A DNA stretch of 64,000 nucleotides, taken from NCBI RefSeq assembly GCF_964355755.1, contig NC_092679.1, positions 10,213,432 through 10,277,431 of the forward strand, given 5' to 3'. Each line of letters opens with the position of its first letter. The first letter of the stretch is position 1. The position numbers were made by a program, and so were the translations under genes. Below, one piece after another: positions 11,166-24,254 of this stretch. Under the pieces are notes generated by a model. It was given only the letters and a program-made list of their open reading frames with translations, did no database searches and was not told the origin of the DNA. The stretch is from Antedon mediterranea. Taxonomy: Eukaryota; Animalia; Echinodermata.

Positions 11166-11894
11166 TCAGATTCAGATTTAATTTTATTTGCCAATTTAAA
11201 ATAGAAATAGTATGAGTACATTTTCAACATTAAATTCTAAAATTAATATTATTACTATATAAAAAATAACACTAGAGATATATTATTTTAATATCTTTAA
11301 AAACAGACATGAAATACCACTGGGATACAATATAGGCCTATTAAAAGCAACATTATATGAACATAAAAAATACTACGAATTACTTTATACTGGTTCCAGT
11401 AATTAATTAAAATATGCAAAAAAATGGCTAAAAAATAAGAATAAAAATAAAAATGCTGACTTTACTATGCTTATGCGGTTCTATATAGGCCTAAAGATCA
11501 TTTCTCTCGGAGCGCATTTTATGATAATTACTATATTACGTCTTTCTGAATGGTTTTATATTTAGCGAATAATTCATTTCTGTAATTAAACCACATTTCT
11601 TCACGATGTTGGATGGAAGTTATCTTCTTATCCTCTACATTTCCCATACCATACAACACAGCAGAAATCGATGACACTTTCAACCACTGATGAGTAGAAC
11701 AAATTCCACTCAAAATGTATTAAGTTCCTAAGAAAGAATAGTCAAATAATATTATATTGCCTTTCCGTATAGTATTTTTACATTGTTCAGCCCAATTTAA
11801 TTCATTGTCAATGGTAATACCTAGATATTTGTAATTATTTACGATTTCAATAACAGAACCATTTATATTGAATGGTTTAATAGGTAGAAAATTT
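11166..11894 (-). mobile_element. LINE 3' end (L2/Rex-Babar/CR1 group), 5'-truncated at the satellite edge
   Basis: Minus strand reads PIKPFNINGSVIEIVNNYKYLGITIDNELNW. AATAAA followed by an (AATCTG)n-like tail at ~11190-11166. Confidence 0.7.
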
Positions 11895-14800
11895 ATAGCT
11901 GAGATTATTTAGAGGGTTAGGTTCAGTTCATAGTTGAGATTATTTAGAGGGTTTGGTTTAGTTCATTGTTGAGATTATTTAGAGGGTTTGGTTTAGTTCA
12001 TTGTTGAGATTATATAGAGGGTTTGGTTTAGTTCATAGTTGAGATTATTTAGAGGGTTTGGTTTAGTTCATTGTTGCGATTATTTAGAGGGTTTGGTTTA
12101 GTTCATTGTTGAGATTATATAGAGGGTTTGGTTTACTTCATAGTTGAGATTATTTATAGGGTTTGGTTTAGTTCATTGTTGAGATTAGAGGGTTTGGTTT
12201 AGTTCATGGTTGAGATTATTTAGAGGGTTTGGTATAGTTCATTGTTGAGATTATTTAGAGGGTTTGGTTTAGTTCATTGTTGAGATTATTTAGAGGGTTT
12301 GGTTTAGTTCATAGTTGAGATTATTTATAGGGTTTGGTTTAGTTCATTGTTGAGATTATTTAGAGGGTTTGGTTTAGTTCATTGTTGAGATTATTTAGAG
12401 GGTTTGGTTTAGTTCATTGTTGAGATTATTTAGAGGGTTTGGTTTAGTTCATAGTTGAGATTATTTATAGGGTTTGGTTTAGTTCATTGTTGAGATTAAA
12501 GGGTTTGATTTAGTTCATAGTTGAGATTATTTAGAGGGTTTGGTTTAGTTCATTGTTGAGATTATTTAGAGGGTTTGGTTTAGTTCATAGTTGAGATTAT
12601 TTAGAGGGTTTGTTTTAGTTCATAGTTGAGATTATTTAGAGGGTTTGGTTTAGTTCATAGTTGAGATTATTTAGAGGGTTTGGTTTAGTTCATTGTTGAG
12701 ATTATTTAGAGGGTTTGGTTTAGTTCATAGTTGAGATTATTTAGAGGGTTTGGTTTAGTTCATAGTTGACATTATTTAGAGGGTTTGGTTTAGTTCATTG
12801 TTGAGATTATTTAGAGGGTTTGGTTTAGTTCATAGTTGAGATTATTTAGAGGGTTTGGTTTAGTTCATTGTTGAGATTATTTAGAGGGTTTGGTTTAGTT
12901 CATAGTTGAGATTATTTAGGGGGTTTGGTTTAGTTCATAGTTGAGATTATTTAGAGGGTTTGGTTTAGTTCATAGTTGAGATTATTTAGAGGGTTTGGTT
13001 TAGTTCATAGTTGAGATTATTTAGAGGGTTTGGTTTAGTTCATAGTTGAGATTATTTAGGGGGTTTGGTTTAGTTCATAGTTGAGATTATTTAGAGGGTT
13101 TGGTTTAGTTCATAGTTGAGATTATTTAGAGGGTTTGGTTTAGTTCATAGTTGAGATTATTTAGAGGGTTTGGTTTAGTTCATAGTTGAGATTATTTAGA
13201 GGGTTTGGTTTAGTTCATTGTTGAGATTATTTAGAGGGTTTGGTTTAGTTCATTGTTGAGATTATTTAGAGGGTTTGGTTTAGTTCATAGTTGAGATTAT
13301 TTAGAGGGTTTGGTTTAGTTCATTGTTGAGATTATTTAGAGGGTTTGGTTTAGTTCATTGTTGAGATTATTTAGAGGGTTTGGTTCAGTTCATAGTTGAG
13401 ATTATTTAGAGGCTTTGGTTCAGTTCATTAGTTGAGATTATTTAGAGGGTTTGGTTTAGTTCATTGTTGAGATTATTTAGAGGGTTTGGTTCAGTTCATA
13501 GTTGAGATTATTTAGAGGGTTTGGTTTAGTTCATTGTTGAGATTATTTAGAGGGTTTGGTTCAGTTCATAGTTGAGATTATTTAGAGGGTTTGGTTTAGT
13601 TCATAGTTGAGATTATTTAGAGGGTTTGGTTTAGTTCATAGTTGAGATTATTTAGAGGGTTTGGTTTAGTTCATAGTTGAGATTATTTAGAGGGTTTGGT
13701 TTAGTTCATAGTTGAGATTATTTAGAGGGTTTGGTTTAGTTCATTGTTGAGATTATTTAGAGGGTTTGGTTTAGTTCATTGTTGAGATTATTTAGAGGGT
13801 TTGGTTTAGTTCATAGTTGAGATTATTTAGAGGGTTTGGTTTAGTTCATAGTTGAGATTTTTTAGAGGGTTTGGTTTAGTTCATAGTTGAGATTATTTAG
13901 AGGGTTTGGTTTAGTTCATAGTTGAGATTATTTATAGGGTTTGGTTTAGTTCATTGTTGAGATTATTGAGAGGGTTTGGTTTAGTTCATTGTTGAGATTA
14001 TTTAGAGAGTTTGGTTTAGTTCATTGTTGAGATTATTTAGAGGGTTTGGTTTAGTTCATAGTTGAGATTATTTATAGGGTTTGGTTTAGTTCATTGTTGA
14101 GATTAAAGGGTTTGATTTAGTTCATAGTTGAGATTATTTAGAGGGTTTGGTTTACTTCATAGTTGAGATTATTTAGAGGGTTTGGTTTAGTTCATTGTTG
14201 AGATTATTTAGAGGGTTTGGTTTAGTTCATTGTTGAGATTATTTAGAGGGTTTGGTTTAGTTCATAGTTGAGATTATTTATAGGGTTTGGTTTAGTTCAT
14301 TGTTGAGATTATTTAGAGGGTTTGGTTTAGTTCATAGTTGAGATTATTTAGAGGGTTTGTTTTAGTTCATAGTTGAGATTATTTAGAGGGTTTGGTTTAG
14401 TTCATAGTTGAGATTATTTAGAGGGTTTGGTTTAGTTCATTGTTGAGATTATTTAGAGGGTTTGGTTTAGTTCATAGTTGAGATTATTTAGAGGGTTTGG
14501 TTTAGTTCATAGTTGACATTATTTAGAGGGTTATTATTTAGAGGGTTTGGTTCAGTTCATTGTTGAGATTATTTAGAGGGTTTTATTTAGTTCATTGTTG
14601 AGATTATTTAGAGGGTTTGGTTTAGTTCATAGTTGAGATTATTAAGAGGGTTTGGTTTAGTTCATAGTTGAGATTATTTAGAGGGTTTGGTTTAGTTCAT
14701 TGTTGAGATTATTTAGAGGGTTTGGTTTAGTTCATAGTTGAGATTATTTAGAGGGTTTGGTTTAGTTCATTGTTGAGATTATTTAGAGGGTTTGGTTTAG

Positions 14801-15307
14801 TTCATAGTTGAGATTATTTAGAGGGTTTGGTTTAGTTCATAGTTGAGATTATTTAGAGGGTTTGGTTTAGTTCATTGTTGAGATTATTTAGAGGGTTTGG
14901 TTTAGTTCATAGTTGAAATTATTTAGAGGGTTTGGTTTAGTTCATAGTTGAGATTATTTAGAGGGTTTGGTTCAGTTCATAGTTGAGATTATTTAGAGGG
15001 TTTGGTTTTGTTCATAGTTGAGATTATTTAGAGGGTTTGGTTTAGTTCATAGTTGAGATTATTTATAGGGTTTGGTTTAGTTCATTGTTGAGATTATTTA
15101 GAGGGTTTGGTTTAGTTCATTGTTGAGATTATTTAGAGGGTTTGGTTTAGTTCATAGTTGAGATTATTTAGAGGGTTTGGTTTAGTTCATAGTTGAGATT
15201 ATTTAGAGGGTTTGGTTTAGTTCATAGTTGAGATTATTTAGAGGGTTTGGTTTAGTTCATAGTTGAGATTATTTAGAGGGTTTTGTTTAGTTCATAGTTG
15301 AGATTAT
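11895..15307. repeat. 35-bp satellite, left array (~97 units)
   Basis: Unit GAGATTATTTAGAGGGTTTGGTTTAGTTCAT(A/T)GTT. Period 35 checked (for example 12961 vs 12996). Confidence 0.98.
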
Positions 15308-16643
15308 TGTAATATAATGTTGTGTTGTTGAGGTACTAATGAAAGACTCTTACTCGCTTAGCTGTCATAACACATATATTGTTTATTCAGTATAATACTT
15401 CAGTACAATAATGATTCGGTACAATATACTATTAGGATAAGGATACAGAGGATCAGTGATGCTTTCGGTGAGGTGTGAAGTGTGTAGATCTGCTTCTGAA
15501 GAAGTGGCTGTGAGGTGTAGATGTTCTTCTGAAGAAGTGGCTGTGAGGTGTGTGCTCCGTGAAATTGCTGTAAGGTGTAGATGTTCCGTGAAGTGGCTGT
15601 AAGGTGTAGATGTTCTTCTGAAGAAGTGGCTGTGAGGTGTGTCTGGGCCCTTCTGAAACTTGGGAGTATATTGGCTCCGGTTCATTTGCATATGTCACTA
15701 CGTAATCTGTGAGGGTAACGATTGGTCCTAAGTTGATCCAGGGGTGTTTAAGTGGGAGTGATTAACGGTATAATAAGGTATTTCTATGATGGATGACACT
15801 GTCAAATCTGTACTTAAATAGTGTCAATCTCTCCTGGTTTAACGATGGGAAAAGTCACAAAATTAAGCTAAGTGTTTTCTTTAGGGATTCTATTATAAAC
15901 TAAATGGTCATTAAAACATCTGGACAAACTCTCCTCTGGACTTTCTGGGTCAAGTTTTTTTTATGAATGATCTATTCTGGTCATATTTTTGAAATTGTTA
16001 TTACATGTATAATAATATATATATATATATTTTTATTCAACTGTCATTTATGATTATTGCTTATTGTCTCTATTGTTTACATATATATTTACTAATTGTT
16101 ATTGTTTTTATTGTAATTTATTTATTTATTTAATTTTTCCAATTTTTAATTCTTACATAGGACATCAAATTTTAAAGCTTTGCTTATAGTGATGCCCGAT
16201 TCAATCAATCAATATATAACTTTTGCTTAAAACCATGTTCAACTGTAGGCCGTTGCCAATATACAGTAATCTCCCTAAACAATGCTACTTTTAATACTTA
16301 CAATATTATATGTTTTCATCTTTTCCATTGATTGTAAACCTCTAACTAAACTTTCCAGTATTTTATTATTCAACTTCTGTTTCCAATAATAGTCAATATA
16401 AACAATTAATTTTTATTTTTATCATTACTGTAAATAATCATTGTATATATTTTATAATTTATATTTATATTGGTCTTGTTTTTTTTTTTTTTGTAAAAAT
16501 CTACTGTAATATTAAACTTTATTGTGGTTACCATTATAACAAATGTACGATTGATTGAATAAAGTTCACATATAGACTTAACCTATTTGAATTCCGATAC
16601 AAAGGTCAATTTCTTAAATATAAAAGTATATCGTTATATTACA
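15308..16643 (+). mobile_element. Solo LTR (Gypsy-like) inserted into the satellite
   Basis: 10-bp inverted termini TGTAATATAA...TTATATTACA. 4-bp TSD TTAT (15304-15307 and 16644-16647), and removing the insert restores an intact satellite unit. AATAAA at ~16558. Internal ~30-bp tandem GAAGAAGTGGCTGTGAGGTGT at 15470-15640. Confidence 0.75.
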
Positions 16644-19600
16644 TTATTTAGAGGGTTTGGTTTAGTTCATAGTTGAGATTATTTAGAGGGTTTGGTTCAG
16701 TTCATAGTTGAGATTATTTAGAGGATTTGGTTTAGTTCATAGTTGAGATTATTTAGAGGGTTTGATTTAGTTCATAGTTGAGATTATTTAGAGGGTTTGG
16801 TTTAGTTCATAGTTGAGATTATTTAGAGGGTTTGGTTTAGTTCATTGTTGAGATTATTTAGTGGGTTTGGTTTAGTTCATAGTTGAGATTATTTAAAGGG
16901 TTTGGTTTAGTTCATTGTTGAGATTATTTAGAGGGTTTGGTTTAGTTCATAGTTGAGATTATTTAGAAGGTTTGGTTTAGTTTATAGTTGAGATTATTTA
17001 GAGGGTTTGGTTCAGTTCATAGTTGAGATTATTTAGAGGGTTTGGTTTAGTTCATAGTTGAGATTATTTAGAGGGTTTGGTTTAGTTCATAGTTGAGATT
17101 ATTTAGAGGGTTTGGTTTAGTTCATAGTTGAGATTATTTAGAGGGTTTGGTTTAGTTCATAGTTGAGATTATTTAGAGGGTTTGGTTTAGTTCATCGTTG
17201 AGATTATTTAGAGGGTTTGGTTTAGTTCATTGTTGAGATCATTTAGAGGGTTTGGTTTAGTTCATAGTTGAGATTATTTAGAGGGTTTGGTTCAGTTCAT
17301 TGTTGCGATTATTTAGAGGGTTTGGTTTAGTTCATAGTTGAGATTATTTAGAGGGTTTGGTTTAGTTCATTGTTGAGATTATTTAGAGGATTTGGTTTAG
17401 TTCATTGTTGAAATTATTTAGAGGGTTTGGTTTAGTTCATAGTTGAGACTATTTAGAGGGTTTGGTTTAGTTCATTGCTGAGATTATTTAGAGGGTTTGG
17501 TTTAGTTCATAGTTGAGATTATTTAGAGGGTTTGGTTTAGTTCATTGTTGAGATTATTTAGAGGGTTTGGTTTAGTTCATAGTTGAGATTATTTAGAGGT
17601 TTGGTTCAGTTCATTGTTAAGATTATATAGAGGGTTTGGTTTAGTTCATTGTTGAGATTATTTAGAGGGTTTGGTTTAGTTCATAGTTGAGATTATTTAG
17701 ATGGTTTGGTTTAGTTCATTGTTGAGATTATTTAGAGGGTTTGGTTTAGATCATAGTTGAGATTATTTAGAGGGTTTGGTTTAGTTCATTGTTGAGGTTA
17801 TTTAGAGGGTTTGGTTCAGTTCATTGTGGAGATTATTTAGAGGGTTTGGTTCAGTTCATAGTTGAGATTATTTAGAGGGTTTGGTTTAGTTCATAGTTGA
17901 GATTATTTAGAGGATTTAGTTTAGTTCATAGTTGAGATTATTTAGAGGGTTTGGTTTAGTTCATAGTTGAGATTATTTAGAGGGTTTGGTTTAGTTCATA
18001 GTTGGGATTATTTAGAGGGTTTGGTTTAGTTCATAGTTGAGATTATTTAGAGGGTTTGGTTTAGTTCATAGTTGAGATTATTTAGAGGGTTTGGTTTAGT
18101 TCATAGTTGAGATTATTTAGAGGGTTTGGTTTAGTTCATAGTTGAGATTATTTAGAAGGTTTGGTTTAGTTCATAGTTGAGATTATTTAGAAGGTTTGGT
18201 TCAGTTCATAGTTGAGATTATTTAGAAGGTTTGGTTTAGTTCATAGTTGAGATTATTTAGAGGGTTTAGAGGGTTTGGTTTAGTTCATAGTTGAGATTAT
18301 TTAGAGGGTTTGGTTTAGTTCATAGTTGAGATTATTTAGAGGGTTTGGTTTAGTTCATAGTTGAGATTATTTAGAGGGTTTGGTTTAGTTCATAGTTGAG
18401 ATTATTTAGAGGGTTTGGTTTAGTTCATAGTTGAGATTATTTAGAGGGTTTGGTTCAGTTCATTGTTGAGATTATTTAGAGGGTTTGGTTCAGTTCATAG
18501 TTGAGATTATTTAGAGGGTTTGGTTTAGTTCATAGTTGAGATTATTTAGAGGGTTTGGTTTAGTTCATAGTTGAGATTATTTAGAGGGTTTGGTTTAGTT
18601 CATAGTTACGATTATTTAGAGGGTTTGGTTCAGTTCATTGTTGCGATTATTTAGAGGGTTTGGTTTAGTTCATAGTTGAGATTATTTAGAGGGTTTGGTT
18701 TAGTTCATAGTTGAGATTATTTAGAGGGTTTGGTTTAGTTCATAGTTGAGATTATTTAGAGGGTTTGGTTTAGTTCATAGTTGAGATTATTTAGAGGGTT
18801 TGGTTTAGTTCATCGTTGAGATTATTTAGAGGGTTTGGTTTAGTTCATTGTTGAGATCATTTAGAGGGTTTGGTTTAGTTCATAGTTGAGATTATTTAGA
18901 GGGTTTGGTTCAGTTCATTGTTGCGATTATTTAGAGGGTTTGGTTTAGTTCATAGTTGAGATTATTTAGAGGGTTTGGTTTAGTTCATTGTTGAGATTAT
19001 TTAGAGGATTTGGTTTAGTTCATTGTTGAGATTATTTAGAGGGTTTGGTTTAGTTCATAGTTGAGACTATTTAGAGGGTTTGGTTTAGTTCATTGCTGAG
19101 ATTATTTAGAGGGTTTGGTTTAGTTCATAGTTGAGATTATTTAGAGGGTTTGGTTTAGTTCATTGTTGAGATTATTTAGAGGGTTTGGTTTAGTTCATAG
19201 TTGAGATTATTTAGAGGTTTGGTTCAGTTCATTGTTAAGATTATATAGAGGGTTTGGTTTAGTTCATTGTTGAGATTATTTAGAGGGTTTGGTTTAGTTC
19301 ATAGTTGAGATTATTTAGATGGTTTGGTTTAGTTCATTGTTGAGATTATTTAGAGGGTTTGGTTTAGATCATAGTTGAGATTATTTAGAGGGTTTGGTTT
19401 AGTTCATTGTTGAGGTTATTTAGAGGGTTTGGTTCAGTTCATTGTGGAGATTATTTAGAGGGTTTGGTTCAGTTCATAGTTGAGATTATTTAGAGGGTTT
19501 GGTTTAGTTCATAGTTGAGATTATTTAGAGGATTTAGTTTAGTTCATAGTTGAGATTATTTAGAGGGTTTGGTTTAGTTCATAGTTGAGATTATTTAGAA

Positions 19601-22600
19601 GGTTTGGTTTAGTTCATAGTTGGGATTATTTAGAGGGTTTGGTTTAGTTCATAGTTGAGATTATTTAGAGGGTTTGGTTTAGTTCATAGTTGAGATTATT
19701 TAGAGGGTTTGGTTTAGTTCATAGTTGAGATTATTTAGAGGGTTTGGTTTAGTTCATAGTTGAGATTATTTAGAAGGTTTGGTTCAGTTCATAGTTGAGA
19801 TTATTTAGAAGGTTTGGTTCAGTTCATAGTTGAGATTATTTAGAAGGTTTGGTTTAGTTCATAGTTGAGATTATTTAGAGGGTTTAGAGGGTTTGGTTTA
19901 GTTCATAGTTGAGATTATTTAGAGGGTTTGGTTTAGTTCATAGTTGAGATTATTTAGAGGGTTTGGTTTAGTTCATAGTTGAGATTATTTAGAGGGTTTG
20001 GTTTAGTTCATAGTTGAGATTATTTAGAGGGTTTGGTTTAGTTCATAGTTGAGATTATTTAGAGGGTTTGGTTCAGTTCATTGTTGAGATTATTTAGAGG
20101 GTTTGGTTCAGTTCATAGTTGAGATTATTTAGAGGGTTTGGTTTAGTTCATAGTTGAGATTATTTAGAGGGTTTGGTTTAGTTCATAGTTAAGATTATTT
20201 AGAGGGTTTGGTTTAGTTCATAGTTACGATTATTTAGAGGGTTTGGTTTAGTTCATAGTTGAGATTATTTAGAGGGTTTGGTTTAGTTCATAGTTGAGAT
20301 TATTTAGAGGGTTTGGTTTAGTTCATAGTTGAGATTATTTAGAGGGTTTGGTTTAGTTCATAGTTGAGATTATTTAGAGGGTTTGATTTAGTTCATTGTT
20401 GAGATTATTTACAGGGTTTGGTTTAGTTCATTGTTGAGATTATTTAGAGGGTTTGGTTTAGTTCATAGTTGAGATTATTTAGAGGGTTTGGTTTAGTTCA
20501 TAGTTGAGATTATTTAGAGGGTTTGGTTTATTTCATAGTTGAGATTATTTAGAGGGTTTGGTTTAGTTCATAGTTGAGATTATTTAGAGGGTTTGGTTTA
20601 GTTCATAGTTGAGATTATTTAGAGGGTTTGGTTTAGTTCATAGTTGAGATTATTTAGAGGGTTTGGTTTAGTTCATAGTTGAGATTATTTAGAGGGTTTG
20701 GTTTAGTTCATAGTTGAGATTATTTAGAGGGTTTGGTTTAGTTCATAGTTGAGATTATTTAGAGGGTTTGGTTTAGTTCATAGTTGAGATTATTTAGAGG
20801 GTTTGGATTAGTTCATAGTTGAGATTATTTAGAGGGTTTGGTTTAGTTCATAGTTGAGATTATTTAGAGGGTTTGGTTTAGTTCATTGTTGAGATTATTT
20901 AGAGGGTTTGGTTTAGTTCATAGTTAAGATTATTTAGAGGGTTTGGTTTAGTTCATAGTTGAGATTATTTAGAGGGTTTGGTTTAGTTCATAGTTGAGAT
21001 TATTTAGAGGGTTTGGTTTAGTTCATTGTTGAGATTATTTAGAGGGTTTGGTTTAGTTCATAGTTGAGATTATTTAGAGGGTTTGGTTTAGTTCATTGTT
21101 GAGATTATTTAGAGGGTTTGGTTTAGTTCATAGTTGAGATTATTTAGAGGGTTTGGTTTTGTTCGTAATTGAGATTATTTAGAGGGTTTGGTTTAGTTCA
21201 TTGTTGAGATTATTTGGAGGGTTTGGTTTAGTTCATAGTTGAGATTATTTAGAGGGTTTGGTTTAGTTCATAGTTGAGATTATTTAGAGGGTTTGGTTTA
21301 GTTCATAGTTGAGATTATTTAGAGGGTTTGGTTTAGTTCATTGTTGAGATTATTTAGAGGGTTTGGTTTAGTTCATAGTTGAGATTATTTAGAGGGTTTG
21401 GTTTAGTTCATAGTTGAGATTATTTAGAGGGTTTGGTTTAGTTCATAGTTGAGATTATTTAGAGGGTTTGGTTTAGTTCATTGTTGAGATTATTTAGAGG
21501 GTTTGGTTCAGTTCATTGTTGAGATTATTTAGAGGGTTTGGTTCAGTTCATAGTTGAGATTATTTAGAGGGTTTGGTTTAGTTCATAGTTGAGATTATTT
21601 ATAGGGTTTGGTTTAGTTCATTGTTGAGATTATTTAGAGGGTTTGGTTTAGTTCATAGTTGAGATTATTTAGAGGGTTTGGTTTAGTTCATTGTTGAGAT
21701 TATTTAGAGGGTTTGGTTTAGTTCATAGTTGAGATTATTTAGGGGGTTTGGTTTAGTTCATAGTTGAGATTATTTAGAGGGTTTGGTTTAGTTCATAGTT
21801 GAGATTATTTAGAGGGTTTGGTTTAGTTCATAGTTGAGATTATTTAGAGGGTTTGGTTTAGTTCATAGTTGAGATTATTTAGAGGGTTTGGTTTAGTTCA
21901 TAGTTGAGATTATTTAGAGGGTTTGGTTTAGTTCATTGTTGAGATTATTTAGAGGGTTTGGTTTAGTTCATTGTTGAGATTATTTAGAGGGTTTGGTTTA
22001 GTTCATAGTTGAGATTATTTAGAGGGTTTGGTTTAGTTCATTGTTGAGATTATTTAGAGGGTTTGGTTTAGTTCATTGTTGAGATTATTTAGAGGGTTTG
22101 GTTCAGTTCATAGTTGAGATTATTTAGAGGGTTTGGTTCAGTTCATTAGTTGAGATTATTTAGAGGGTTTGGTTTAGTTCATTGTTGAGATTATTTAGAG
22201 GGTTTGGTTCAGTTCATAGTTGAGATTATTTAGAGGGTTTGGTTTAGTTTATTGTTGAGATTATTTAGAGGGTTTGGTTCAGTTCATAGTTGAGATTATT
22301 TAGAGGTTTGGTTTAGTTCATAGTTGAGATTATTTAGAGGGTTTGGTTTAGTTCATAGTTGAGATTATTTAGAGGGTTTGGTTTAGTTCATAGTTGAGAT
22401 TATTTAGAGGGTTTGGTTTAGTTCATAGTTGAGATTATTTAGAGGGTTTGGTTTAGTTCATTGTTGAGATTATTTAGAGGGTTTGGTTTAGTTCATTGTT
22501 GAGATTATTTAGAGGGTTTGGTTTAGTTCATAGTTGAGATTATTTAGAGGGTTTGGTTTAGTTCATAGTTGAGATTTTTTAGAGGGTTTGGTTTAGTTCA

Positions 22601-23376
22601 TAGTTGAGATTATTTAGAGGGTTTGGTTTAGTTCATAGTTGAGATTATTTAGAGGGTTTGGTTTAGTTCATAGTTAAGATTATTTAGAGGGTTTTGTTTA
22701 GTTCATAGTTGAGATTATTTAGAGGGTTTGGTTTAGTTCATTGTTTTCATAGTTGAGATTATTTAGAGGGTTTGGTTCAGTTCATAGTTGAGATTATTTA
22801 GAGGGTTTGGTTTAGTTCATAGTTGAGATTATTTAGAGGGTTTGGTTTAGTTCATAGTTGAGATTATTTAGAGGGTTTGGTTCAGTTCATAGTTGAGATT
22901 ATTTAGAGGGTTTGGTTTAGTTCATAGTTGAGATTATTTAGAGGGTTTGGTTTAGTTCATAGTTGGGATTATTTAGAGGGTTTGGTTTAGTTCATAGTTG
23001 AGATTATTTAGAGGGTTTGGTTTAGTTCATAGTTGAGATTATTTAGAGGGTTTGGTTTAGTTCATAGTTGAGATTATTTAGAGGGTTTGGTTTAGTTCAT
23101 TGTTGAGATTATTTAGAGGGTTTGGTTTAGTTCATTGTTGAGATTATTTAGAGGGTTTGGTTTAGTTCATAGTTGAGATTATTTAGAAGGTTTGGTTTAG
23201 TTCATAGTTGAGATTATTTAGAGGGTTTAGAGGGTTTGGTTTAGTTCATAGTTGAGATTATTTAGAGGGTTTGGTTTAGTTCATAGTTGAGATTATTTAG
23301 AGGGTTTGGTTTAGTTCATAGTTGAGATTATTTAGAGGGTTTGGTTTAGTTCATTGTTGAGATTATTTAGAGGGTT
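16644..23376. repeat. 35-bp satellite, right array (~190 units)
   Basis: Same unit as the left array. Contains a 1618-bp higher-order duplication. Confidence 0.98.
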
Positions 23377-24254
23377 ACAGTATACCAGTATACATAGCGT
23401 TACCTTTAACATCAAATAACTTTAATTAACATGGCAAGCAATACTTTGCATTGTGTTTCGCTAAATTTCAGAGGTCTACGTAACCAAACCAAGCAAAGAA
23501 AAATCTTCAAATGGTGCAAGAGGATCAAAACACAGATATACTGCTTATCCAAGAAACACATTTTACGCCAGAGTTGTTAACCAAAGTTAATATTCTCTGG
23601 AATGGCACCTGCTTTCATAGTACTGGAAGTTCTAGTAGCGCTGGAGTATCTATTCTATGTAGAGTAATTAACACATGCATTGATAAAAATAAAAGGTATA
23701 TTATTGTTGAAATAGAAATATTTAGAAAAAGCTATGTTTTTGTTAATATATATGCGCCAAATAATTGTAAAATAAGAAGTATGTGTTTTTTAGAGAGATT
23801 CAGAAAGACATAGTCAACATGGTTGAGATTGAAAAAGATAAAATTGTGATTGGAGAAGATAAATAATGTGTTTTGAACAGAAAATATGACCAAAAAAATT
23901 GCGCTGAGCGAAAAGACAAATCAGTTTTACTGTTAAAAATGTTATTAGTAAACTAAACCTAGTTGATGATTGGAGAAAATGCAACCCTGAAAAAGCACAC
24001 TTTACATGGCGTAGAAAATGTGGTCTCGAAAGGATTGATTGATCAATTGACTGCCCTTCGTCGAGTGCAGACGTGTTTGAGCGGAGCTCTCACACGTATA
24101 CGTTTTTAGATACAGTACTCGCTTACCTGTGATAGCATGTTGCAAGGATAAGCTACTAACTGCATGAGACCTGTATACCTACCTGGATAGTGAACGTATC
24201 GGTTGCATTAAATATAGGTACACTTTTGTTATTTATTCTAACTAAACATCTACA

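Noticed and set aside
15383-15698. Repetitive ORFs (102 aa and 81 aa) in the solo LTR
   Set aside because: They arise from the ~30-bp internal tandem repeat and have no domain signature.
15890-16215. Possible LINE 3' fragment with (TCAA)n tail inside the solo LTR
   Set aside because: The coding signal is too decayed and no TSD was found.
11895-23376. 35-bp repeat as a CRISPR array
   Set aside because: Units are head-to-tail with no unique spacers, there are no cas genes, and the context is eukaryotic.
11895-23376. Telomeric repeat tract
   Set aside because: It is G/T-skewed, but there is no true (TTAGGG)n or (TTAGG)n run; the period is a strict 35 bp.
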